DNA of 46,947 nt from Fonticula alba ATCC 38817 (Eukaryota; Protista; Nucleariida). The stretch lies in assembly GCA_000388065.2 (NCBI GenBank), contig KB932201.1, one strand, 5' to 3'. The stretch's first letter is position 1, and each line of letters begins with the position of its first letter. The notes beneath the pieces are model-generated. The model made no database searches, was not told where the DNA came from, and worked only from the letters and a program-made list of their open reading frames with translations. Below, one piece after another: positions 33,646 to 44,373 of this stretch. The position numbers and the translations under genes are program-made.

Positions 33646-36600
33646 TCAATCGATGAAATCCCCACCCCGGCGGAAGGTCTCCAGCTCGAAGGACTGCTCG
33701 CCATCGACCGGGGGCAGGCCACCAGCAGCCAGGCCGCCCTCGGGCCCGGTCCGCCCGGTCCCCGGGGAGATGACATCCGGCACCTCGCCACGGGCCAGGC
33801 GCTCCTCCAACGACAGGGCCTTGATGGACTCGCGGTGGTTGGCCTGGCGCACGTGGAAGAGGACCACACGGCGGAGAATCTGTAGCAGGATCAGCAACAG
33901 AGACAGGGTGGCCGCCAGGACCGAGGTCAAGTTGGGCAGGGCACTGCCACTGTTCGAGCCGCCGGTCTGCCGGGACCCGATGCGGAAAAGCTCGATCGCC
34001 AGCTGGGGAATGTCCTCGAAGACCATGTTCAGCAGGCCGAGGAAGCGCACACGATCCTCGCCCCGCGGTCCGAGAGGAGCATTCAAGCTCGGCAGGGCAA
34101 ACACACGCGAGCGCGAAAGCAACAGCGACTCGACGTGCACCGCGCCCAGGACACCGAGCGCGACCGCGGTCCGGGGGAAGCGCCGCGTCCAGCTATCCGT
34201 CACCGGGGCAATGGTGACGCTGGTCACTTGCTTGTTGCGGCCGAGGGTCCCTCGGCCGAGAGACCCGCGCCCGCCCTCCGGCCGACGGAGGATGGTGAAC
34301 ACATGCCACGTGAGCAGGGAATTGACCACCAGCGACAGGAGGACAATGGCCACGGAAACGATGGTCATGACGGTCAGACGGCCAGCCGCTGAGGCCAAGT
34401 CCAGTGTCACCTTTTCGGCGGCCGAGATGGAATCCACCACCAGGTCCGCCACCATGAGGCAGGCGGTCACCAGCTCCGTGTTGAAGGCAAGCGGATCCCA
34501 GTGCCGAGCCACCAGGTACAACACCAGGCCCAGGATCGCGAAGAAGACCAGCATGCCCAGGGCCACCCAACTGAAGAGGCTGCCCGCCTGCTGGACCCCC
34601 TCGGAAGCGGTGGGGCTACAGCGCCCGGTGGACGGGTTGTATGCGTCCCCTGGCCGAGCACATGTCAGGCACTGGTCGGGCCCGGGGCCGACGCAGCTGA
34701 AGCACGTTTCGTGGCATCGCCCGCAGGAGTGGCCCCCGGACCCGATTGGGTATGCCCCGGAGGTGGGACACCCGCGGGTGGAGATGCTCTGCTCGGCGCC
34801 GGCATTCTCCCACAGGATGTACCCAATGGGGATGCGTGCGTCGGAGTTGGGAGGCGTCAGACTCGAGCCCGACGCCGAGTCAGACGGACTGCTGTCGCTG
34901 GCCGCGGTGGCCTGGAGAGAGCCGCCGAGTGCCAGCAGCAGGTGCTGCTGCTGCTGCTGGTGGTGCTGTTGCTGGTGCTGCTGCTGCTGCTGTTGCTGCA
35001 CCTGGTGCTGCGGGTTCCAGGGGAGGGCGTTCCCCTGGGCAAGGTTCACGGATGCGATGCTGCCGCTGCTGCTGGCACTGCCGCCGCTGCTGGTACCACC
35101 TCGGCTGGAGGAGGATGCCGAGGAGCTTGAAGAGACTGAAGAGCTGCCGCCGCTGGTGCTGCTCCCCTCCGGCGAAAAGACCGAGGTGACCCGTCCACCC
35201 GTGGCAGCCAGCAGCGGATGGCCCGGTGGCACAAAGACCCCGGAGAAAACACGGACTTCAAATTGGGACTTCAGCCTCAGGCCCTCCAGTCGGTGGTGGG
35301 TCTCGGTCAGGTAGAAGGGCAGCGTGGCCCAGCCGGCATGGCCGCCATCACCGGCACCAGGGCCCCCGGAGCCACTGTCGCTAGGGGGGACAGGAGTCGG
35401 CGCCGCAGGACCCACCTCGCGGTACAGGAGCTCGTACACCAGCGACCCGGCCGGCACATTGCCCGACACGGCTGGTGCCTTCCATGACAGGTTTACACTG
35501 GTGCTTTCGATGGTGGAAAGACCGCCATCGGGCCCGGGGACCCAGGCGTCCGGTCCGGAGGGCGGCGTGGCCGAGATGAACCCACATGGGGGGAGAGATG
35601 TCCGGGCGATCAGCTGTGCCGCCAGGGTGGGATACCGATCCCCATGCTGGGGATTGTTTGTTGGCGAGGTCGGCCCGCACCACAGCTGCAGCATGAAGGC
35701 ATGGAAGTGCTCCAGGCCGCGCAAGGTGATGACAGACCCACGTGTGAGCCCCTCTATGAGAGAGAGAGAGAGAGAGGGGGGGCAAAGGGAGGGGAGCGAG
35801 GGGCAAGAGGGCGGCAGGGGGAGGTGGGGGGCGGAAACGCAGTCAGTGATCCGCGTGGAGGAAGGCCGAAGGGAGGTGGAGAGAGGCAATGAGGCGCACC
35901 ATTGCCGGGCACCGGATCCATGCCAAAGCCGCCGCGGCTGAAGCGAAGCTTGAACTGGGAGCAATGCGAAGGGAAGGCCGAAGCGAGGCCGGGGGTGGCC
36001 ACCAAGGCCTGGCCATCGGCCTCGGGCATCGAAGAAACCCCGACACCGGACGTGCTGTGGCTGGAGCTGGATGCAGGGCTGTAACTCCACTCGACGGTCA
36101 GACGCGAGGAGTCCGCGTTCCGGACAAGGAAATGGAATCCCTCATGGCCGAGATCGGTGTCTTTGGAGCAAAAGCAGAAGGGCCCGATTGTTGCAGGGGG
36201 CCGTCCCCTGATAGGTGAGTAAAGCATCACCAGGGGGAGGGGGGGGGGAGAGGGAGAGACAGAGAGAGGAGGGCGGAGGGCGGGGGAGCCGGAGGAGCCG
36301 GAGGAGTCGGCCACGGGAGGGCACAAAGGAAGCAGGAGCCCGGGAGGCGGACGCACCGAAAAGGCAGGAGTCGAAGTTCGCCTGCCAGACACTCAGACTG
36401 CTGGAACACTGGTAAAAGGGGGCATGCGAGGGGGATTGCGTGAAGCCAGCCGGGCAGACCGCGGGCAGAGTGGTCGCCGGATGCGCCCGAGGGAGGGCCG
36501 GTGGTGGGAGGTTCCCATCGGACGGGGGCTCCGAGCTGCCCGCGGCCGGGGGGGCTGCTTGCTCGCCAGCCAGGTGCAGGCCCTGCGGCATGGCCGGGCA

Positions 36601-39600
36601 GTCCTTCTTGCACCGCATGCCGGCCTCGGGCGCGTCAACCACCGCCGAGAGGCCATCCAGTCGGCATCGGCGCGCGGGGACCACCAGGACCGGTCGGCCC
36701 TCGGTGACTGGCGCACCGGCCACCTCCGGCGGCAGGCTGTAGCCATCCATGCACCGGCCGGTGACAACCCAGGAGTCTGGGTCGGCACCAGGGCTGAGTG
36801 ACATGGCCGGCGCAGCAGCCGGCCACATGGCGCCGTACTCCTGACTCTGTGGGGACTCGCAGAGAATGGCTATGTCGGGAGGGAGGGAGGGAGGGCACGG
36901 GGGGGGGGGGNNNNNNNNNNNNNNNNNNNNNNNNNNNNNNNNNNNNNNNNNNNNNNNNNNNNNNNNNNNNNNNNNNNNNNNNNNNNNNNNNNNNNNNNNN
37001 NNNNNNNNNNNNNNNNNNNNNNNNNNNNNNNNNNNNNNNNNNNNNNNNNNNNNNNNNNNNNNNNNNNNNNNNNNNNNNNNNNNNNNNNNNNNNNNNNNNN
37101 NNNNNNNNNNNNNNNNNNNNNNNNNNNNNNNNNNNNNNNNNNNNNNNNNNNNNNNNNNNNNNNNNNNNNNNNNNNNNNNNNNNNNNNNNNNNNNNNNNNN
37201 NNNNNNNNNNNNNNNNNNNGGGGGGGCATGATACATGGATAAGAATCGCATCCGGGGGGCTGTGTGGTTCACACCGAGGGAAGGACACCGGACGCACGCG
37301 AACAGGTCGGCCCGCCGGCAGCGAGCCTCCAGCCGGAGGTCTCGCACGTGGGCTGCTGGCCGGTCGGGGCAAAGCCAACCGGGCAGGTCACCTCGCTGAC
37401 GGGGCTCCCATCGGCCGAGGTCTCGGTAAGGCCCGGCCGAGGAGCCGGGAATGTACCCTTAATCCGCGTCGAGTCCCACAGGGACATCCCCCAGCCCACC
37501 GGCCAGGGAGTGGATGTCGCACCAGGGAAGGCCACGCTCGCCGAGCAAGTGGCGCCTGAAGTCCACGCTCCGGGGGTTAGAGGAGCCGGGGGGGGGGGGG
37601 GGGATGGGTGGCAGGGGCGAAAGGGCCGTGATTCCTATCGGAGCCCGCGACGCACCCGTCTGACAGGTGATCTTCGTGCCCACACTCCAAAGGCCGCTTG
37701 TGTGGCAGAGCCGGTGCCGGGAGGATTGCGACGAGGGGGTCAAGCTGCAAGCTCCCTCGGCGACCCCTTCGTCATCAGGGATGACCAGAGCCCCGGCTGG
37801 CGAGAGTGTGCCCATCTGCGACGACCGGGTCAACAGGCGGACCGTCAGGGAGGCTGGCGATGCCGGGAACTGCGTGCCAAACTCATCGGTGAAGGCCGGG
37901 CAAGTGGAACCTGCGATTGGGCGAAGGGGGCAACCGCCAGGGGGGGGGGAGAGAGAGAGAGAAAGGCATGCCGGTGACCATGATCAGCACAGGCCCGGCA
38001 CATGGCCACATGCGGCTGCAAGTGTCGGGCAAGGGAAGAGGCGAGGAGCAGGGGCCAGAGGAGCAACGTACGCTGGCAGACGCCACGCGGGAATGGAAAT
38101 TGCGCCTGCTCCTGAGGACCGAGATGCACGCTCCAGCCCTCGTGCGTGCATCGCCGATAGACCCCCCAGTCCTGGGCGAAAGAGGCCCCAGTGCCGGGGG
38201 TCCCGGCCACCTGGTGCCCTGGGGCGCAAATACCCGCCCGGAAGCCCAGATGCTGGGCCAGACCGCGGTTGTAAGAATCAAGCCCCAGCAAGCGGGCAGG
38301 ATGTCCTGGCACATTGACCGGCGATGTCTGGGCCGTCGAGAAGAGCACTCGCCGGACCGGTGGCCAGACCGCCGCCTGGAAGGCGTCGGCCGGGCAGGTG
38401 AATTCTGTGCAAATCCAAGGGAACGGGTCAGCAACTGGGTCCCTGTGGATGGCGGGTGTGGAAGGGCAGCTGTCGGCCGACGACATGGGGGAAAGGAGTG
38501 CAGAACATGGTGCGGGCGAAGAGGTCCAAAGCCACCGAGCACAGACGGCAAGACATACCGGGATTGCGCGCGCGCATGTCGGACCAGTGCTCGAGGGTCA
38601 CGCCGGCCAGCGAGCCAGCCGACCCCTCACGCAGGCTCAACAGACAAAGCTCCGGCCAGCCGTCATTCTCGAGATCCACATCGAGCAAGGCACGCGGCGT
38701 GCCGGAGAGCACGGGCCAGGCACCGTCGAGAGGGATGGGAACCGGCTGGGCCGCCTCCGCGTGCAGGGGAAGACGCTTCGGCGCAAGGGGGACCCACTGT
38801 TGGGCGTCGTCAGCGCCGGTGCCAGGGCCGGTGCCCGCAGTGGCCTCGCCCCGATGGTGAAGCACACGGAAGAGCGCCGCCTGGCGGGTGTCCTCCAGGC
38901 TCAGGAGGATGGCCAGATCGCGCTCACCATCGGCATTCAGATCGATGCCGGCCATGTGCACACGCAAGCGCTGCAGGCCGGCCGGCGGGGGAGTGCCCGC
39001 GGCCGGGGCCACTGGCAGCGACGCAAATACGGTGCTCCCGAGTGGCAGGGTTTCCAGGCCCATCAGGACCGCCGCACCGTCCGGGGTAAGCAGCACGCGC
39101 GACAAGTGCACATGCTGGGGCGTGGTGTCCGGCGGGACGGCGTCCAAGCTGCCGGTGCATTCGTGCCCCAGAGCCAGAGCCACGGTGATGGTGCGCACGC
39201 GGCCTTGCGAGTCGATCGAAGTCGGGGCAAAGCCGAGGGCCGAGCAGCAGGCCGGGTTCAAGGGCCCCTGGGTCAGCGGGTGCCGCAGGCCTTCGGGCAC
39301 CAGGGACACGCGCACCGTCGTGTCGAGGCCGGTATGGTAGAGGGCCAGGTGCGGGCCGCCGCGCGTTTGCCCGGTCGCCTGCGACACCTGGTGATACAGA
39401 TAGGCCACGGTGGTGGTGGCGGCATTCAGGCCGTGTGCCAGGTCCGGGAGAATGGCCATGGTCTGGAGGCCGGAGTGCCCGGCCAGTGGAGCACCCGGCC
39501 CGGGCCAGCCGGTCGGCACCCGAGCATGGGCAATGCGCTGCGCGTCATCCGGCAGGGTGGCCCCATCCGCGCGCAGGGTGGTGGCCTGGTGAAAGTGCCC

Positions 39601-40779
39601 CGATACCGGGGGGGAGGTGGCCAGCGACACCTCGACCTGGGACACGGAGTACATGTGCATGGTGGAGGTGGTTTGCCCATTGAGCCCGATGGCGAAGGCG
39701 AGGGCGCGCGGGGGGGTCGATGTGCCGGCGCCACCGGGGGCAGCTGCCAGGGCCGGCTGCAGGGCCACCAGTCCGGCGGGCAGAAGCCCCGCAAGATGCA
39801 CCAGCGGGACCAGCGAATGGACCACCCCGCAGGGGGCCAGATCCCCAGGGGCGGACCCATCCCCAGCGCCGGCATGTTCGGCGGTGATCGGGCCCAACTC
39901 GGCCGACGGGAGGCGCGTGTGCCCGGACGCCGCGCACTGGGCAGCCCCCGTGCGGGAGGCCGTGTGACTGATCGCCAAACAGATGGTGACGCCGGTGGAA
40001 TGGTCGGCGGCCGGTAGGCCCGGGCCGGAGCCCGAGGCAGACGCCGATCCGGAGGTCGAGTCACTGCCGGTCGGGGCGCCGGCGGCCGCGGTGGCGGCGG
40101 CCATCGTCAGTAGCTTGGCGCCGATGACGGCCCGATCGGCCGACTGGCGTCCGGCATCCAGGAAGGTCACCTTGGGGAGCCAGTGCGCCGGGATCGGCAC
40201 GGCATCCTGCACGATCTGGGCCTGCCAGAAGGTGCCCAAGTCGACTGACGTACCGAGAAGGATGCCCACCGATGGCTGGGACAGGGAGTCCCACCCGAGG
40301 GCCGATTGGTGGAGGGGTAGCCCCACCCCGGGGGTGGAGTCATCCCACGCGGGGACGGGCGCTGTCTGGCCGGCGAAGCCGACACGCGGCCCGAAGGGAT
40401 CGGCCGCCAAGTTGGCCGGGCTGGGCAGGGAGGCGAAGTATGTATTGGGTGCGGCCCAGACGCCGGGGTTGCCGGTGGCCAGGCGGCCGGTCAGCAGGAT
40501 GTCCGGCAGACCGTCACCGGGGGACCGAGCGCGCCAGCGAGTCGAGCCGCCGGAGCCGGCGATGAAGGGAACCGCCGAGGTGACATCGACCAGGCCGGCG
40601 GTGGAGACATCGGCCAGTGAGACCTCCCCGGGGGCAAAATTCACGTCGACCTGCCGCGCGGCCTCCAGGTGCGGCAGATCGTTGCTGCTGTCGGGGGAAG
40701 TCCCAGCCGCATGGCCGAGGGAGGAGAGCAGGAGTCCAGTGAGGAGGAGGAACACCAGCCGGGGCCCGGTGGCCAGCAT
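33646..40779 (-). CDS. Large cell-surface protein (~1996 aa): signal peptide, FG-GAP-like repeats, sushi/CCP-like modules, 2 FN3, furin-like repeat, C-terminal multi-pass membrane module with EDIPQ motif; 7 exons
   Basis: Exons 40779-38559, 38434-38072, 37910-37656, 37567(or 37555)-37298, 36869-36357, 36160-35900 and 35753-33646 total 5991 nt in frame. Signal peptide MLATGPRLVFLLLTGLLLSSLGHA. Ca-loop motifs DLNADGERDL and DLENDGWPEL. Sushi-like C.xGx...C..xGW..C segments. FN3 cores VNLSW..LY..LEGLRLKSQFEVRV. Furin repeat CGRCHETCFSCVGPGPDQCLTC. About five hydrophobic helices follow. The exon 2 acceptor is the least certain junction. Confidence 0.75.
36911..37219. other. Assembly gap (largest of nine)
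   Basis: N runs at 3558-3621, 11880-11993, 20153-20347, 26301-26402, 28627-~28722, 30031-30225, 36911-37219, 44374-44423 and 46292-46301. Each has a G or C run at or near at least one edge. Confidence 0.98.
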
Positions 40780-41478
40780 GATGGGGGGAGACCGGGCCGG
40801 GGTAGTGCCCTTGGATCGCACACGCGCACGGAGACCCAAACGGAGAACAGGGCCGAGGGGGGGGGGGGGCAGGAGCAGGGCTGCGTGCGCGGGGCCGGGG
40901 GGGGTGAAAGCAGCCGCAGCAAGAAATGAGCGGGAGAGGAGGAAGGAGGCAAGGGAAGGGCGAAAGGACAAAGGCAGGATGCCTGGCGTGAGGGCGGAGG
41001 CGAGCAGAGCCAAATGGAAGAGGAGATCTGAATCTGCCGGTCTGCCGGTCCTGGCATCACAGGGGCGCTTAATTGGCCACAATCACCAGGTGCCGATGGG
41101 CTCTCGGGCCGCCAGGAGGAAGGCCGGGGGGACGGGACGGGCGCAGGGAGGCCAGGGAACGGGAGGGGGGAGATCCTTTGTAGGGGCCACCGTTTGGGGA
41201 TGTGCGGGCTCCGGTGTTGGCGTGGAAGCGAGCCCGAAGGCGGGCTGGCCGGCCCCCGGCCCGGCCGAGCTCACAGGGGCCAGGCGCGATCTGGAGGCCG
41301 TCTTGCGTGCCGACGCGCGGGGTCGGGGATGAGCCCCCAGCCCGGGGAGTCTGACTGACAATGGACCAGCCTCGCGGCTTGGCCGTGGCACGCGCGACCA
41401 ACCCGTTCCGGTCGGATTGGGCGTGGCTCCGGGCCGGGAGAGGGCGTGCGCGAGAGTCATTGAGGGGGAGGGCAGCTG

Positions 41479-41483
<5 letters not shown>

Positions 41484-41522
<39 letters not shown>

Positions 41523-41560
41523 GAGAGAGAGGGAGACAGAGAGACAGAGAGACAGAGAGA
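41484..41560. repeat. (AG)n / AGAC compound microsatellite
   Basis: AG run followed by GAGACA variants, upstream of the surface-protein gene. Confidence 0.8.
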
Positions 41561-44271
41561 CAGACGAAAAGATCCAACAAGGGGAGATGGGAGAGAGATA
41601 TCGACCAGGAATCGACACTTGCCTGTCCTGCCACACAAACACATACACACACACATACACACACACAGGGGGCGGGCGGGCGAACGCATGGACTCGGCGC
41701 ACATTCGGATGCGAGCTCCCGACAGGCAAACGGCTGTCCCTCCCGCCGCCGGCTGTCCCCTTCCATCAGATCGTTCGGGCGGAGGTGAATGCTTTCGCTG
41801 CCCTTTTTCGGCAGACTGAGGATGGCAACGTGGGAGAGTGTGCCGTCACGCGGCAAACACACGCCCAGATGCTGATGTGCACTCGGGTCGGACCGCACGC
41901 GAGAAAGATGGAACTGAGGGCCGGCTTGTGGGTGTAGGTGTGTCCATGTGTGTACGTGCGCATTCGTGCGTACGTGCGTATGTGTGCGTGGCCACCGCCG
42001 GGCTTTGGCATGGTCTGGTGATATGAATGCCGGTGATAATAAAGGTTGAATATTTGCCACCCCCGGGTCTGGGGCCCCGCCACCTCCGCCGAGCCGGGGG
42101 CGCGGGCATTGTCCGTCGCGGCGCGGCAATGTGATCCCCTGGCGCCCGTCTCGGCCGGTGGGCGAAAAGGGGCCAAGCGCGTTCCCCCTTGCACACGGCT
42201 CCCCCGGGCCCGCCCCTCGCCGCGACCTGCCCCCTCGGATAGCCAGTGTGAGCAATTTCTATCGCTGGACTCATGGTGCCCAGTGTTTTTTTCCCTCGTT
42301 CGATCTCCCGTAAGTGCAGGGGCCGAGGGGGAGCGGGGGGGGGGGGGGTCGACCGCATACCCGACACCGGGCCCCAGGCGCTGGCTCGCCGGGCCGCTTG
42401 TCCCTCGCCCCCAAGTACCCCCTTCTGGGGCCAATCAAAGCTGGAGGTCGGCCAGGGGTGGGCCCCGCCCCCGTCCGGGGCGGAGGGGGGGGGGGACGCG
42501 TGGCCATCGTCCCTCGCCCACCGAGTGCCAGAGCTCGCAAGCATGCACATGCGCCATCGTTCCGGTCTGTTGCTCCCCGCGCGTCCTCCACCCCTCCGCC
42601 CCCCCGAAAAGGGGGTTGGCGGGCCGGTGCCAGAGAATGGCCAGGCGGCCGAGGGAGGGGGCAAGGCAGCGCCACCATGGGTCGCGACGGTCCAACATGT
42701 CCTGAGGCACATCACAATGCGGGCGTTCGTGTCTGTGCACGCGAAAATGCGTGCGCCTACCTGTCCCCCGAGGCAATGTGAAACCAGACCCCGCCTGTTG
42801 GAAGGAGCCGGCGGGCCCGAGGGATCCCCGGAACGGACGACGGACCAGCGAGATGCCCCCCCCCTCCCGGTTGCGCGATTGGGTCGACACACACACACAC
42901 ACACACATTTACACACACACATTCGGGCGGACCTTCTCCTCTGCGGGCATTCCGGCGACTGGCCCATTCGCTGAGACCGACACGCAACCTCTCCCCCCCC
43001 CTCCCAGCGCTGGAGGCGTCTGATTTCTTTCCCCAGCGACGGTGCAGGGAGGAGCGAACGCCCCGGTGGAATTCCGGTCCCGCATGCTGGGGCAGACGCT
43101 CCGGTCTGCGTTTTCTTGGTAGGGGATAATGGTGGGGGCCGTCCCATGCGGGGGCCGCCTGGCGCCCTGGGTGGGGGGCCCTCCCTTCGGCGACCCCCCC
43201 CCCCCCCCCCCCCCGTCGGGCATGTCCTCCCCCGTAGTCCCCAACGGCGAGGCAGCATGCCCTTCGTGAGCGGAAAAGCAAATACTTGGTCCAGGCCCGC
43301 GCGCAGCCGGCGAGCCCCCTTTCCGGGAAAAACACCGCCCGACCCTCGCCCGAGGTGAAAGGGATACCATTTCGGGCTGCTTCGGTGTGGGCCTGCTCGC
43401 CCGGCCGCCCGGCCCCCCCCCCCCCCGGTCAGCGCCCCGACTCGGTTGTAAGGCCTTGGGGGTGTCCACACGCCACGCCTTCCTCCCCAAGCCGGGTGTC
43501 ATCCTGGGACCCCGCTGTACGGGCCGGCCCAGCGTGTGTTCCTCCAGGCCGGCGAGGGCGAGGCCTCTCTGTCTTACTCTTTTTCGCTCGGGATGTACAA
43601 CACGCCGGGAGGCCGCTGGCCGCCAATGTCCCCCTCTCGCCTCGGGCTGAGCCTCGGAGCACAAGGCCTCTGGGCGCCGGCTCCGGCCGGGAGGCGCTTG
43701 GGGCGCGGGAGCGGGCCATGGCGTGCTCGCTCCTTCCGCGCCTACCCGATGGACGCACTTGCGCTCAGATGTGCTTGCAATTCGCTCGCGCAGGCCACGC
43801 ACCAACTTCTGCGCTCGACTGGGAATGGAAATGGATCGGGAAAAAAAAGCGATGGGCTCCTGCGCCTCCGGCTTCGGCACGACACGCATACGCTCGCCCA
43901 CCCAGCGAGGCCTCCGAGAGCCGTCCGGGCCGTTCATATGAGTCTCACCAAGAGCGAACAAGGGAACACGGGACCAACGACATCGTGTAGCAGGGTTCTC
44001 ACGGGCCCGGTCTTGTGTCAATGGAGCGAGGCTTTGACGGAGACTGTGCCGGAAATCCTACTACTGCTGAGGGACCACTCTGGGCATGAAGGAGGGCGTA
44101 CCTAGCCAGGGCGGGGGGGGTGGGAGGCGAGGGGCGGGCCGGCGGGGGGGCAGGCGGCGGGGGACTCGCGGAGGGGGAGGGGGGTGGGGGGGGGAGGGGC
44201 GGTGGGAAGGGCGGGAACGGCGCCGGAGGGGGGGGGGTGCGAGGGAGGGAGGGGGGGGAAGGGGGGGGGGG

Positions 44272-44373
44272 GGGCAGGAGCAGGGCTGCGTGCGCGGGGC
44301 CGGGGGGGGTGAAAGCAGCCGCAGCAAGAAATGAGCGGGAGAGGAGGAAGGAGGCAAGGGAAGGGCGAAAGGA
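44272..44373. repeat. Second, ~102-bp copy of 40867-40968
   Basis: GGGCAGGAGCAGGG...GGGCGAAAGGA is identical to 40867-40968, preceded by a G run and ending at the 44374 gap. Confidence 0.88.
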
